NCBI GenBank assembly: GCA_902591565.1
Contig: CACJBC010000001.1
Span: 34,717-98,716 of the forward strand
Origin: an uncultured SAR86 cluster bacterium
GTDB taxonomy: Bacteria > Pseudomonadota > Gammaproteobacteria > Magnimaribacterales > D2472
Length of the DNA: 64,000 nucleotides
Direction of reading: 5' to 3'
Position numbers and translations under genes: made by a program. Numbering within the stretch: position 1 is the first letter of the stretch; every line of letters begins with the position of its first letter. The notes under the pieces are model-generated. The model ran no database searches. It was not told the origin of the DNA and saw nothing but the letters and a program-made list of their open reading frames with translations. This document shows positions 1 to 10,711 of this stretch, piece after piece.

Positions 1-2
1 TG

Positions 3-1520
3 GGAATTGATACTGGAATTAAAGTTATACACCCTCTTACAAATAAACGAATCCCAGTATGGATTGGAAATTTTGTACTTCTTGATTATGGTACAGGAGT
101 TGTTATGGGTGTTCCTGGACATGATCAGAGAGACTTTGAATTTGCTTCTAAATATGATCTTGATATAAAACAAGTTATTTCAATTGGCAAAGATGATAAA
201 TTACCTGTTCTCAATAAAGGTATTTTGATTAACTCGGATAAATATGATGACTTGAACTCAGATTCAGCATCAAAAAAAATCATTGAAGATCTAAGTGAAA
301 AAAGTCTTGGTGAAGGGCTTATACAATTTAGATTAAGAGATTGGGGAGTTAGTAGACAAAGATATTGGGGATGTCCCATACCTGTGATATATGAAAATGG
401 TGATGCTAAATTAGTTGATGAAAATAAACTTCCTGTAATTCTTCCAGATTTACCAAAAAATTCTCCACCAATCCCTTTAAGTCAAAATGAAAATTTCTTC
501 AAAATATCTAATGAAGTGCAAAGAGAAACTGACACATTTGATACCTTTATGGATTCATCTTGGTACTATGCTAGATTTACTTCTGCAGATAACGACAGTG
601 AAATTTTTGATGAAAACACAAAGTATTGGCTTCCTGTAGACTTATATATTGGCGGCATTGAACACGCTATACTTCACTTACTTTATTCAAGATTTTTTCA
701 TAAGGCTCTAAGAGACATGGGTATGGTTGAGGGCAATGAACCATTTAAAAAACTATTAACCCAAGGCATGGTTCTTAAAGATGGTGCAAAGATGTCTAAA
801 TCAAAGGGCAATACGGTCGACCCACAGTCTTATATCGATAAATATGGTGCCGATACTGTTAGACTCTACATGATGTTCACTGCACCACCAGAACAAAGTT
901 TAGAATGGTCTGAATCTTCGGTCGAGGGTGCATCAAGATTTATAAAAAAGATATGGAATTTAGTTATTAATAAAAATTATGAAGAAATTAGTATCTCAAA
1001 TAACTTTTCAAAAGAAGAGCTAGAGCTAAGAAGAAAAACACACACAACATTAAAAAAAGTTACCAATGATTTTGAAACAAGATTTTCCTTTAATACTGCA
1101 ATAGCTTCGATAATGGAGCTTCTAAATGCCATACCTGATGAATTTAAAGACAAAGATGCTTCAGACTCAAAAAAATATTGTTTAAATGAAGCAATAATTA
1201 TTATTCTTAAAACTCTAAATCCTATTGCGCCACATGTGTCAGAGCACTTATGGAATCATTTTTATAAATCTAATGCTCCAGAAGAAATAGAATCTTCATG
1301 GCCAAAAGTTGAAGACAGCTTATTAGAGATATCTGAGTTTGAATTAGTAATACAAATTAATGGGAAAGTAAGAGGTAAAACAACTGCTAAAATTGAAGAT
1401 AGCCAAAATAAAATAGAAGAAATTGCAAAAAAAATTGAGAATGTTGCCATTTATCTTGAGGGAAAAAATATTAAAAAAGTAATTTATATCAAAGGAAAAA
1501 TTATTAATTTTGTTATCTAG
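3..1520 (+). CDS. leuS: Leucyl-tRNA synthetase, C-terminal ~505 aa (5' end outside window)
   Basis: Frame is open from the window edge ([47 protein letters not shown]). KMSKS loop ([10 protein letters not shown]) and a LeuRS-type C-terminal domain are present. The ORF track starts at an internal Met (105). Confidence 0.95.
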   Translation, partial: GIDTGIKVIHPLTNKRIPVWIGNFVLLDYGTGVVMGVPGHDQRDFEFASKYDLDIKQVISIGKDDKLPVLNKGILINSDKYDDLNSDSASKKIIEDLSEKSLGEGLIQFRLRDWGVSRQRYWGCPIPVIYENGDAKLVDENKLPVILPDLPKNSPPIPLSQNENFFKISNEVQRETDTFDTFMDSSWYYARFTSADNDSEIFDENTKYWLPVDLYIGGIEHAILHLLYSRFFHKALRDMGMVEGNEPFKKLLTQGMVLKDGAKMSKSKGNTVDPQSYIDKYGADTVRLYMMFTAPPEQSLEWSESSVEGASRFIKKIWNLVINKNYEEISISNNFSKEELELRRKTHTTLKKVTNDFETRFSFNTAIASIMELLNAIPDEFKDKDASDSKKYCLNEAIIIILKTLNPIAPHVSEHLWNHFYKSNAPEEIESSWPKVEDSLLEISEFELVIQINGKVRGKTTAKIEDSQNKIEEIAKKIENVAIYLEGKNIKKVIYIKGKIINFVI

Positions 1521-1556
1521 CTAATTTATTTTTCTTAATACTTTAATATTTTTTAT

Positions 1557-2045
1557 TTGCTAGTTAAGATAAATTTTATGAAGCATCTTTATTCTTTAAT
1601 ATTATTCATTTCTATATTTCTTGTTTCGAGTTGTAGTTTTAGTCAAATAGCATTAGGTCCTTATAATAGTGAAGACTATATAGTTTACTATGATGATTCT
1701 ATTCCTGAATCTCTTAAAGAAATGATAGATGTATCTTTAAATAACTCTTCTGCTAAAGATGAAAATAAAACTCGTATTTATATAAGAGACTTTAATTCGA
1801 CTAACTACAACATATATGCTGGATCTGCACTCAGGTCTCTAGAAGGCGAAGTGACTGCAAGCATTAAACTTGAAATTATTAGTAATTCAAAAACAAATAA
1901 TAAGAACATTAAAATAATGAAAAGATATAGTTCAAGCGAGCTTAATCCTTTTGCTGAACAAGAGGCAGTCAGAAGTCTTAAAGAAACTATTGATAATGAA
2001 ATATTTAATCAAATACTGCTAGAGGTTAATTTCTTTGAAATGTGA
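1557..2045 (+). CDS. lptE: LPS-assembly lipoprotein LptE (RlpB)-like
   Basis: Signal peptide plus lipobox (FLVSS|C). Small protein in the conserved leuS-lptE-holA position. ATG at 1578 (MKHLYSL) is a more likely start than TTG 1557. Confidence 0.6.
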   Translation: MLVKINFMKHLYSLILFISIFLVSSCSFSQIALGPYNSEDYIVYYDDSIPESLKEMIDVSLNNSSAKDENKTRIYIRDFNSTNYNIYAGSALRSLEGEVTASIKLEIISNSKTNNKNIKIMKRYSSSELNPFAEQEAVRSLKETIDNEIFNQILLEVNFFEM

Positions 2046-3015
2046 ATCACTTTCCCTAGGGAAATATCTAGAAAAATCACAAAATATTTTTTTTATATAT
2101 GGCTCTGAAGTTGTCTTAAGAAATAATTCAAAAGATTTAATAAAAGAATATTTATCTCAAAAAGGATTCAATGAAAGAAGACTGATCACCAAAGAAAATT
2201 TTGATCAAATAGAGCAAATTATTATTGAGAGTTCCGGTGGATCTCTCTTTGGATCTAAATTAATTATTGATATAAATAATGATCAAGGACGATTGCCAGA
2301 TAAATTAGAAAAAATATTTCAAATAAAGAACATTTTTAATAATGAAAATATTGCGATCATTATTAACTCTCATAATGAAAAATTAAATAGTAAAACAAAG
2401 CTTTATAAAGCTATGGAAAAAAATGCACTCATCGTTGAATGTAGAAAATTAAAATCTTTTGAAGAAAAAATATGGCTAAAGGCTCAATTAGAATTTATTC
2501 CTGAAAAAGACAGAAAAAATTTAATAAAGAGCATGAGCGATTTAAATGCTGGAAACTTGGTTGCTCAACAAAATGAAGTAAATATTCTCAAATTAATTTA
2601 TAAAAATGGTATGGATATTTCTAATCTTTTTTGTGCAGATTCAGCTGAATTTGCTCCATTCGAACTTGAAGATGCTCTTGTAAATTTAAATGTAAAACAT
2701 GCTTTAAAGATTACTAATTCAATTAAAGATTCTGAAGCACATTATGCTCCTTTATTAGTTTGGATAATTGGTAAAATTGTTACAAGTTCAGCTATTGCAA
2801 AACAACACACAAATCCTAAATTGAGTTTGGAAAAATCGGGTATCTGGAGTAGCAAAATTGCAAGTTACATGAATTTTATAAAATTTCATTCTTTACAAAA
2901 ACTCATATCGATGCAAAAAAATGTTTATGAACTTGACCTCACCAGCAAAGGTTTATCTAAAAAAAATTTCTGGGATGACGTCGATAGAATTATTGTAAAT
3001 TTAACTAATAATTAA
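2035..3015 (+). CDS. holA: DNA polymerase III delta subunit
   Basis: 326 aa. The start overlaps the lptE stop. Position after lptE is conserved, and the N-terminus (FFIYGSEVVL) resembles the E. coli HolA YLLLGNDPLL region. The call rests largely on synteny. Confidence 0.6.
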   Translation: MKCESLSLGKYLEKSQNIFFIYGSEVVLRNNSKDLIKEYLSQKGFNERRLITKENFDQIEQIIIESSGGSLFGSKLIIDINNDQGRLPDKLEKIFQIKNIFNNENIAIIINSHNEKLNSKTKLYKAMEKNALIVECRKLKSFEEKIWLKAQLEFIPEKDRKNLIKSMSDLNAGNLVAQQNEVNILKLIYKNGMDISNLFCADSAEFAPFELEDALVNLNVKHALKITNSIKDSEAHYAPLLVWIIGKIVTSSAIAKQHTNPKLSLEKSGIWSSKIASYMNFIKFHSLQKLISMQKNVYELDLTSKGLSKKNFWDDVDRIIVNLTNN

Positions 3016-3019
3016 AGTA

Positions 3020-3847
3020 TTAACCAAAGAATTTTGAGTCAAAAACTTCCTTACAAGAAATATAAAAAGGGTCATCAACATTTAATGAGTGATCAAAATC
3101 AACTATATTTTCTATTGGTGCTATTCCTTTGGTAGAGCTTGTGAGCCAGGCAGATGTCGCTGTCTTCAATTCTAGATAATTAAAATCTCCCTCAAGAACC
3201 TTAATACCTTTATTCGATAAGGCATTAATTAAGATTGCCCTGGTTATACCTGGCAAGATGTTGTTAGATAAAGACGGTGTACAAACAGTTTCATTTTTAA
3301 TAAAGAACAAATTAGATGCACCAGCCTCAGTTAGGATTCCATCTCTATGCATAATAATTTCATCACAATCATTTGACTTGGCATTATTCATATTCAAAAC
3401 ATTAGCTAAAAGTGAAGTTGATTTTATATCGCATCTTTTCCATCTTGTGTCATCACAAATCATTACATTTAATTTTTTAGTTTCAAATGAGCAAGGAGTG
3501 ATATAGCCAAAAGTCTCTGTATTAATTGTATCAGAGTACATGTGCGATCTAACTATATCCTGTCCTCTGGTAACTTGATAATAAATATAACCATTATCAA
3601 AAGCAGATGAAGATAAGAGCTGATTTATCTCATCTGTAACCTTTTTTAAATCTAACTTTATAGATAGAGCATCTATACTTCTTTGTAACCTTTCAATATG
3701 GCTTTCAAATGAAATAAATTTATTATTATAAAAAGGTATAACTTCATAAACACTATCTGAAAATGTGTATGCCCTTGAGAAAGGAGAAACTTTTATATTT
3801 TCTATGCAATCAAAATCACCATTGAATACAGCTTTAATCTGATCCAT
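3020..3847 (-). CDS. dat: Fold-type IV PLP aminotransferase, probably D-amino-acid (D-alanine) aminotransferase
   Basis: The catalytic-Lys block WKRCDIKSTSLLANVL and the segment TEAGASNLFFIK...ILPGITR resemble Bacillus D-amino-acid aminotransferase (LRCDIKSLNLL, EGSSSNVF, GITR). The start overlaps the dacA end by 14 nt. PabC- or IlvE-like alternatives are not excluded. Confidence 0.6.
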   Translation of the reverse strand: MDQIKAVFNGDFDCIENIKVSPFSRAYTFSDSVYEVIPFYNNKFISFESHIERLQRSIDALSIKLDLKKVTDEINQLLSSSAFDNGYIYYQVTRGQDIVRSHMYSDTINTETFGYITPCSFETKKLNVMICDDTRWKRCDIKSTSLLANVLNMNNAKSNDCDEIIMHRDGILTEAGASNLFFIKNETVCTPSLSNNILPGITRAILINALSNKGIKVLEGDFNYLELKTATSAWLTSSTKGIAPIENIVDFDHSLNVDDPFYISCKEVFDSKFFG

Positions 3848-4991
3848 TATCAGTCATGCCAAATAAGCTTAGAATCCACAAAACAAATTTAGACCAAAGT
3901 CTTCCAAAAAATCCCTTAGCTTTTATATTATGTAAAGCAACTAGGTCTGTAGAAAGCACTATTTCATCATTATTGACAATTTCTAGGGTTCCTATTTTTT
4001 GACCAATCTCGATAGGAGCTTGGATATTATTGCTGTAATTATAATTAACAACTAGATCTTTAAAACTAGTTCTTGGAAGCGTTATAGATATATCTTCTAA
4101 AACACCAAGACTAAGATTTTTTTCAACACCACCCCATATGTTTATTTGTTTATATTCTTGATTTGCATTAAGAATTTTTTGTGTTGCGAAAAACCTAAAA
4201 CCATATTCTAGTAATCTTTGGCTTGCCATAAATCGATTATTATCAGAGTCACTTCCAGCAACAACAGTGATTAATCGCATATCTCCTCTTTTAGCAGAAC
4301 CAACCAAACAATAACCTGCAGCTTTGGTGTGACCTGTTTTGACTCCATCTGATGAATCATCTCTCCATAAAAGCTTGTTTCTATTTAGTTGCTTGATTTC
4401 ATTAAAAGTAAATTGCTTCTCTTTATAATAGGAATAAATTTCCGGAAACTTTTTTATTAAATGAGAGGTTAATATTGCAAGATCTTTTGCTGATGAAAAA
4501 TGATTTTCGGCAGGAAGTCCAGTAGAATTTTGAAAAATGGTGTTATTCATATTTAATGAACCTGCATAGGCATTCATAAGATCAACAAAGCCTCTCTCTG
4601 TTCCTCCAACATATTCAGCAATTGCAACTGAAGCATCATTACCTGATTGAATTATTATTCCTTTAAGCAAGTCAGATACACTAATTCTTTTACCAGCTTC
4701 AATGAACATTCTTGAGCCTTCCATGCGCCATGCTTTTTCGCTTATTAGAACCTCATCATCTATAGAAATTAATTCATTGTCTATTTGATCAGCGGTAACA
4801 TATGCTGTCATTATCTTGGTCATACTCGCAGGCTCTATTTCTGAATTTGAGTTAAACTCTGCTATCACAGTATTTGTATTTGGCTCAATTAATATATAAC
4901 TCTTTAAGTTAAGTTCAGGAGCATCAGGCACAAAACTTTGTCCAAAAGCGAACGCTGATGTAAGTAAAGGGATTATTAATATTTTTTTCAT
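3834..4991 (-). CDS. dacA: D-alanyl-D-alanine carboxypeptidase (PBP5/6 family)
   Basis: Signal peptide, SxxK (SMTK), SGN (QSGNDAS) and KTG (VKTGHT) boxes. A C-terminal amphipathic anchor is present. Confidence 0.9.
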   Translation of the reverse strand: MKKILIIPLLTSAFAFGQSFVPDAPELNLKSYILIEPNTNTVIAEFNSNSEIEPASMTKIMTAYVTADQIDNELISIDDEVLISEKAWRMEGSRMFIEAGKRISVSDLLKGIIIQSGNDASVAIAEYVGGTERGFVDLMNAYAGSLNMNNTIFQNSTGLPAENHFSSAKDLAILTSHLIKKFPEIYSYYKEKQFTFNEIKQLNRNKLLWRDDSSDGVKTGHTKAAGYCLVGSAKRGDMRLITVVAGSDSDNNRFMASQRLLEYGFRFFATQKILNANQEYKQINIWGGVEKNLSLGVLEDISITLPRTSFKDLVVNYNYSNNIQAPIEIGQKIGTLEIVNNDEIVLSTDLVALHNIKAKGFFGRLWSKFVLWILSLFGMTDNGSD

Positions 4992-5875
4992 TTTCTAAGC
5001 TCTTCTGATAAGTAATAAATTGCCATGGCGTAAAAGTGACTTATATTATATTTGGTTATTGCTACAAAGTTGTCATCTCCAATGAAATATATTTCTTGCC
5101 CATTTTCATTAAAACTTAAAGGTATAAATTTTGAAAGCGTCTTATTCGGTTTAAAAACTTTTCTTACATTATTTGGGTAAGCATCATAAATAATTTTACC
5201 CTCCTTTTTCCATCCATGAATATACAAATAATTAGCTATACTTCCGATGGCATCATCAACTGAGTTAAATAAATCTGCGTATCCATCTCCATCGTAGTCA
5301 ATTGCATATGCCCTGTAACTTGAAGAAATGAATTGTCCATACCCCATTGCTCCTGCATATGAGCCCTTTATCTGATTAATGTCCAGCTCGTTTTCTCTAG
5401 TTAACAAAAAGAAATCAACAAGCTCTTTTCTAAAAAATTTGGCTCTTCTAGGATAATCAAAACCAAGTGTTAGCAAACTATCAATAACCCTATAACTACC
5501 TTGAATTTTTCCATATCTTGTTTCAACCCCAAGAATTGATGTAATAACTTCTTTTGGGACCCCAAACTCCTTTTCTGCTCTCTCAAGAATTTTAAGATTA
5601 TTTTTAATAAATAATTTTCCATTAGCAATTCTTTTTTCTTCTATGAATAACTTTTTATACCTATCCCAAGTCCAAGTAAATTCAGCAGGTTTTGAAATTG
5701 AGTCAATTATTTTTTGCTGCCTTACAGCGTTAGACAAAACATCCTCTACAAATGATTTTTCAAATCCATGCTCTAAAACAAGCTCATCGATTAATGCTTT
5801 TGATTTTGGATGTTCCAAATAGCTACTTTGCAAAGAAGGTATTAATAAAAAAGTGATTAATAAGAATTTATTCAT
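4988..5875 (-). CDS. mltB: Lytic murein transglycosylase B family
   Basis: Signal peptide, GVETRYG and GAMGYGQFISSSY motifs typical of MltB/SltB1. It sits next to rodA, as sltB1 does in Pseudomonas. Confidence 0.8.
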   Translation of the reverse strand: MNKFLLITFLLIPSLQSSYLEHPKSKALIDELVLEHGFEKSFVEDVLSNAVRQQKIIDSISKPAEFTWTWDRYKKLFIEEKRIANGKLFIKNNLKILERAEKEFGVPKEVITSILGVETRYGKIQGSYRVIDSLLTLGFDYPRRAKFFRKELVDFFLLTRENELDINQIKGSYAGAMGYGQFISSSYRAYAIDYDGDGYADLFNSVDDAIGSIANYLYIHGWKKEGKIIYDAYPNNVRKVFKPNKTLSKFIPLSFNENGQEIYFIGDDNFVAITKYNISHFYAMAIYYLSEELRK

Positions 5876-6972
5876 TTTTGCATTAATTTTTTATGTGTGG
5901 CCATAGATATAATAATTCCGAAAGCTATATAGAATGATAACAAAGATGAGCCTCCTTTGCTGATAAAGGGCATAGGCATCCCAACAACAGGCATTATCCC
6001 AACAACCATACCTATATTAATAAATAAAGTCGACGCAAAAATAAGACTAAGGCCTCCAATAGTTAATCTACAAAATCTATCTCTGGCATTAAATGCAAGA
6101 TATATACACCTTAATAAAATAAAAAAGAAAAAAGATAACAAAATACAAATACCCAGAAATCCAAATTCTTCAGCAATAACGGCAAATATAAAATCTGTTT
6201 CAGCTTCTGGTAAAAAATTTAAATTAGCTTGTGATCCATCTAGATAACCTTTACCGCTCATTCCACCCGAACCTATGGCAATTTTTGATTGAGTGATATT
6301 CCAAGCGCTTCCATAGGGATCATTAGATGGATTTATAAAGGTTAAAATTCTTTGTCTTTGAAAGGGTTCTAAAAAAGAATTCCATATAAATGGTGTTGAA
6401 AGAATTATAAAACCAAATGAAGTAAGTATAAATTTCCAACTTAGTCCTGCTAAAAATAATATATAGATTCCAGCCATAAAAACAACTAAACCAGTTCCAA
6501 GATCAGGCTGTGAATATACAAGATAAAATATAAAGCAAATTAATAGAAGTGTTTGGAGTGTATGTCTTAAGCTTATTGGTAACTTTTTATTATATAAATA
6601 TGAGGCTAAAAATATAGGAAGAGCTATTTTTATTAGCTCTGAAGTCTGAAGTGTAAAAAAACCAAGATTTAGCCACCTTTTTGCACCATTAATTTCTTTG
6701 CCAAAAATCATCGTTGCAAACATTAGACTTATAGCAATTAATAAAAATAAGCTTGAAAAAATTTTATAAAAATCAGGATCTGGTTGACTCAAAATTAACA
6801 TTATGACCAATCCAAAGCCAACATATATTGATTGTTTGATGACTGTATTAAGGTTGCCTTGAGATGCACTGTATAGAAAAAATAGACCCATCACAGACAC
6901 CAATGTTATTGATATAAATAAGTACTGATCAAAATATATTGAGAAGTTTTTAAACTCTAGTTTTTTTCTCAT
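5872..6972 (-). CDS. rodA: SEDS peptidoglycan polymerase RodA
   Basis: 366-aa polytopic membrane protein of the FtsW/RodA family, 4-nt overlapped with mrdA upstream. Confidence 0.9.
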   Translation of the reverse strand: MRKKLEFKNFSIYFDQYLFISITLVSVMGLFFLYSASQGNLNTVIKQSIYVGFGLVIMLILSQPDPDFYKIFSSLFLLIAISLMFATMIFGKEINGAKRWLNLGFFTLQTSELIKIALPIFLASYLYNKKLPISLRHTLQTLLLICFIFYLVYSQPDLGTGLVVFMAGIYILFLAGLSWKFILTSFGFIILSTPFIWNSFLEPFQRQRILTFINPSNDPYGSAWNITQSKIAIGSGGMSGKGYLDGSQANLNFLPEAETDFIFAVIAEEFGFLGICILLSFFFFILLRCIYLAFNARDRFCRLTIGGLSLIFASTLFINIGMVVGIMPVVGMPMPFISKGGSSLLSFYIAFGIIISMATHKKLMQK

Positions 6973-8807
6973 CTATCTATCAAACTATTTAATACTGCTA
7001 TAGCAACCGGACCGGCAACGGAACCTCCACTTTCTCCATTTTCTATCACAACACTAACAGCATATTTTGGATTAGGCATTGGACCAAAAGCAATGATTAT
7101 TGCATGATCCCTATTACCTTCATTCTCTCTAATAATTTTGTAATCTTCTTTGGTTTCTGTGCTTACTAACTCCACGGTCCCAGATTTAGCTGCAACTGTG
7201 AATTTTTTCAACTCTTGTAGTCTTTTTGCTGTTCCTATTGGGCTCTCTATAACACCTATCATGCTATGATGCAGTTTTTTCCAATCAAGGTTACTAATAT
7301 TTTCTGATTGAATATACGTATTCTTTTTTTCATTTTTATCATAGACAAATGACAATTTATTAGACTTTCCCATGTTAGCCAATATTGATGAGTAATAAGC
7401 TAATTGTAATGGAGTAGTACTCAGATAGCCTTGGCCTACCCCAAGATTTACAGTGTCTCCTTTAAACCACCCAAAATTAAGGTTGTTTATTTTCCATTCT
7501 GGAGTTGGTAATAAGCCTTTATCAGGGTTAAAACAATCTACACATACATTAGCTCCAAAACCAAATTTAGATAAATAGTCAATTAATTTATATATGTCCG
7601 ATTGATATGCCAAAGAGAAGAAAAAAGTATTTGAACTAACAATTATTGCTTTATTTAAATTAACTTTTCCATGGCCTCCTTCTCTCCATCCTCTATATAC
7701 TCTCTGATCTTCAGGCAAAATAAAATACCCTGGATCATCAATAGTAAAATTCCAGTCAATAATATTATTTTCCAATCCAAATAAACCAATCGCTGGCTTA
7801 ATTGTTGAAGCAGGAGAATACCTCCCCTGCGAAGCTCTATCAAAAAAGGGTTTATTATTATCCTTTATTAAGGCATTAAATGCGCTTGAAGAAATTCCAT
7901 TTGAAATTGCATTAGTTGAAAAGCTTGGTGTACTTAAATACGTAACAATTGATCCCGTATCTATTTCAATTGCAACGACAGCTCCGCGTCTATTATCCAT
8001 TTGATCATAAGCAACTTTCTGTGCATCAATATCTAAAGTTGTAAAAATATTTTTGCCATCAATTGGTTTGATGAATTGCATTTCATCTAATAATCTACCT
8101 CTTGCATCAACTTCATAAGTTTTTTTACCAAACTTACCTCTTAACAAATTATCATAGGTATTTTCAATACCTGTTTTACCAATTTGAAATCCATTTGAGT
8201 ATTTAAAAATTGTTTCGATTTGTTGTAAATTTTGGTTACTAAGTATATTTGTCAACTCATCATTACTAACACCCCCAACATAACCTATAGCATGAGAAAA
8301 TAATTTTGGATAATTGTTATATCGACTGTATCTAACATCAATAAAAGCATGAGGAAATTTATAACTTCTTACTTCAAATTTAGCAGTTTCTATTTCAGAT
8401 AAATTTTTTTTTACAACAAGCTCTCTGTTATAGCTTGCCTTGAGGTCAAAATTTTCTTTAACATAATCTAATTCGTTAGAATTTAAATCTATTATTAATG
8501 ATAAGTCGGATAAAAAACTATCAATGTTTTTTATTTGCGATGGTTTAATAATAAGATCATAAGTTGGAACATTGTTAACTATAATTTTTCCAGATCTGTC
8601 ATAAATTATTCCTCTTATTGGTTGAACTAAAACCTCTTTAGTTTTATTTTCTAATGCCGCTGTCTCGTACTCAGTATATTCAGATACCTGGATTGAATAA
8701 GTTCGATATAGAAAAAATGCGAATGCAATACCAAAAAAGGAATAAACTATTATTAATCTGTTAAAAAAACTTTTCTTTTCTTTATATCTTTGATCTAAAT
8801 CTATCAT
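6969..8807 (-). CDS. mrdA: Penicillin-binding protein 2 (elongasome transpeptidase)
   Basis: N-terminal TM anchor and PBP dimerisation domain. Motifs: SxxK (ASTIKP), SxN (VSSNTF), KSG (AKSGTV). Confidence 0.9.
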   Translation of the reverse strand: MIDLDQRYKEKKSFFNRLIIVYSFFGIAFAFFLYRTYSIQVSEYTEYETAALENKTKEVLVQPIRGIIYDRSGKIIVNNVPTYDLIIKPSQIKNIDSFLSDLSLIIDLNSNELDYVKENFDLKASYNRELVVKKNLSEIETAKFEVRSYKFPHAFIDVRYSRYNNYPKLFSHAIGYVGGVSNDELTNILSNQNLQQIETIFKYSNGFQIGKTGIENTYDNLLRGKFGKKTYEVDARGRLLDEMQFIKPIDGKNIFTTLDIDAQKVAYDQMDNRRGAVVAIEIDTGSIVTYLSTPSFSTNAISNGISSSAFNALIKDNNKPFFDRASQGRYSPASTIKPAIGLFGLENNIIDWNFTIDDPGYFILPEDQRVYRGWREGGHGKVNLNKAIIVSSNTFFFSLAYQSDIYKLIDYLSKFGFGANVCVDCFNPDKGLLPTPEWKINNLNFGWFKGDTVNLGVGQGYLSTTPLQLAYYSSILANMGKSNKLSFVYDKNEKKNTYIQSENISNLDWKKLHHSMIGVIESPIGTAKRLQELKKFTVAAKSGTVELVSTETKEDYKIIRENEGNRDHAIIIAFGPMPNPKYAVSVVIENGESGGSVAGPVAIAVLNSLIDR

Positions 8808-9268
8808 TTATGATACGGAGCATTATTTATTATTGATATTGCTCTATAAATTTGTTCTATTAAAATTATTCTAAAAAGCCTATGCGGAAATGTAAAATTT
8901 GAAGCTGATAGTACTTTATTGGATATTTTTATCAGACTTTCGGATAATCCTAATGAGCCTCCAATAACAAAGCATATTGTTAAATTTCTATGCATTAAAT
9001 CTTCAAATAACTTGCTCAGGGCACTGCTACTTAATTTATCGCCTGCAATATCACATAAAATAAGAAAACAATCATTAGGAATTTTTTGTGTAATTAAATC
9101 TGCTTCTAGCTTTAGTACTTCTGCTGTAGATCTTTTTGGATTCTGTTGACCTTTAATATTAATAAAATCAATTCGAATATTATTTTTTAACTGCTTAAGG
9201 TAATGATTAATCCCCTCTAATTCCCATTTATTTGGTTTATTGCCAACCGAAATTATAGTTAGGTTCAT
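8804..9268 (-). CDS. rlmH: 23S rRNA (pseudouridine1915-N3)-methyltransferase RlmH
   Basis: 154-aa SPOUT protein. IGGSLGLS and the C-terminal NAPYHK match the E. coli RlmH pattern (IGGPEGLS ... NHPYHRE). Conserved rsfS-rlmH-mrdA order. Confidence 0.85.
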   Translation of the reverse strand: MNLTIISVGNKPNKWELEGINHYLKQLKNNIRIDFINIKGQQNPKRSTAEVLKLEADLITQKIPNDCFLILCDIAGDKLSSSALSKLFEDLMHRNLTICFVIGGSLGLSESLIKISNKVLSASNFTFPHRLFRIILIEQIYRAISIINNAPYHK

Positions 9269-9612
9269 TTATTTGAAGAATTTAAGAGGGTATTTTCTCC
9301 CCAAAGACCTTCGAGATCATAAAACTCTCTTACCTCCTCTTTCATAATATTCACAACTACTCCTCCACAATCAACTAAGATCCAGCCAGACTCTACTTTA
9401 CCTTCTACATTTAAAATATTTATATTACTAGCTTTAATTGATTCAACTAATTTATCTGCAAGAGATTTTGCATGCCTATTCGAGTTAGCAGTTGCTATCA
9501 TTATTACATCTGCGAAAGAAGAAATGCCTTCAATATCCAGCGCTAATATATTTTCAGCTTTGTTGTCTTCTAGACTCTTTTTACATATATTTTGAAGATT
9601 TTTTTCAGACAA
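9265..9612 (-). CDS. rsfS: Ribosomal silencing factor RsfS
   Basis: 115-aa YbeB/iojap family protein (ALDIEGISSFADVIMIATANSNRHAKSLADKL...WILVDCGGVVVNIM...FYDLEGLW). Confidence 0.85.
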   Translation of the reverse strand: MSEKNLQNICKKSLEDNKAENILALDIEGISSFADVIMIATANSNRHAKSLADKLVESIKASNINILNVEGKVESGWILVDCGGVVVNIMKEEVREFYDLEGLWGENTLLNSSNK

Positions 9613-9704
9613 GATTATTTTTATTTTAATAGTTTTTAATAACTAAAAATTAATTAGCTTTAAGAGTTATACTAAAACATTATTTATTAAAAGGGTGATA
9701 AATT

Positions 9705-10133
9705 TTGGAATTAATATCAATTAATTCATTGATAGAAGTATTTAATGTTTATAAGGATTTAATATTTTGGTTTGGATCCATTTCTTTATTCGTATTTATA
9801 TTTAGTTTGATAAGCATCAAGTGGTTAGTTGCATTGATTCCAGAAGATTATTTTATAAATAAAAAAGATTCAAAAATAAAAAATAGTAATCTAATTGCAT
9901 GGTATTTTGTCTTAATCTTAAGAAATTTAGTTGGTTACTCTCTAATTTTAGGGGGCATTATGATGCTCGTTCTTCCTGGCCAAGGTCTATTTACGATTAT
10001 TATTGGATTAATGCTTAGTAATTATCCAGGTAAGTACTCTTTAGAGAAAAGATTTATTGCGATTCCTACAATTTTAAAATCTATTAACTGGCTAAGAAAA
10101 AAATCCAATAAACCACCCTTAAAAATAATCTAG
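9705..10133 (+). CDS. Small integral membrane protein (PGPGW-like motif LPGQGLF)
   Basis: 142 aa, 3-4 predicted TM helices, TTG start. The family assignment is tentative. Confidence 0.35.
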   Translation: MELISINSLIEVFNVYKDLIFWFGSISLFVFIFSLISIKWLVALIPEDYFINKKDSKIKNSNLIAWYFVLILRNLVGYSLILGGIMMLVLPGQGLFTIIIGLMLSNYPGKYSLEKRFIAIPTILKSINWLRKKSNKPPLKII

Positions 10134-10711
10134 AGTGTTGAGATTTTTTCAATATATTTTGACAATATTAAAAGCCTTTGGGAGGCATCGAAAGCTTCGA
10201 GTAAATTTTGTTTTTGAGCTGAGGTTAGTGGTATTAATCCTGCAAGATGGTAGGCTACAGAATCTGCAGAGTTAAAATCTACTTCAATAGGCAACTCATT
10301 AACTTTAGGGTGCTTAATAATCTGAGATAAAATGCTAATTATTTCTGGATACTCTGCTAACAAAGCTTGATTATCAACCTCTGGATCAATCACAGGTTTG
10401 ATATCTGCAATATGCAACCCATCTTCCAGCTGACATATATTATTAATTGAAACTTTAGTTTCTGACTTCACTGTAATGCCTAAAAGACCATTTGGCAGAT
10501 TATTAAAGTCAATTATCTCAACATAAGTACCTTTTTTTGAAATACCAAATTCAGAGGTATCACTTATTTTTAAAACAATTACAAACCCATGATTATCTGA
10601 CATACATTTTTTTATCATTTTCAAATATCTTGGTTCAAAAATTTGTAACGATTGAATACTGCCAGGCAAGGCAACTAATCCAAGAGGAAATACAGGTAGA
10701 TGATTTTTCAT
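10130..10711 (-). CDS. LON N-terminal (substrate-binding, PUA-like) domain protein
   Basis: N-terminus LPVFPLGLVALPGSIQSLQIFEPRYLKMI is the typical Lon N-domain signature. There is no AAA+ or protease domain. The 4-nt overlap with mpl suggests co-translation. Confidence 0.6.
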   Translation of the reverse strand: MKNHLPVFPLGLVALPGSIQSLQIFEPRYLKMIKKCMSDNHGFVIVLKISDTSEFGISKKGTYVEIIDFNNLPNGLLGITVKSETKVSINNICQLEDGLHIADIKPVIDPEVDNQALLAEYPEIISILSQIIKHPKVNELPIEVDFNSADSVAYHLAGLIPLTSAQKQNLLEAFDASQRLLILSKYIEKISTL

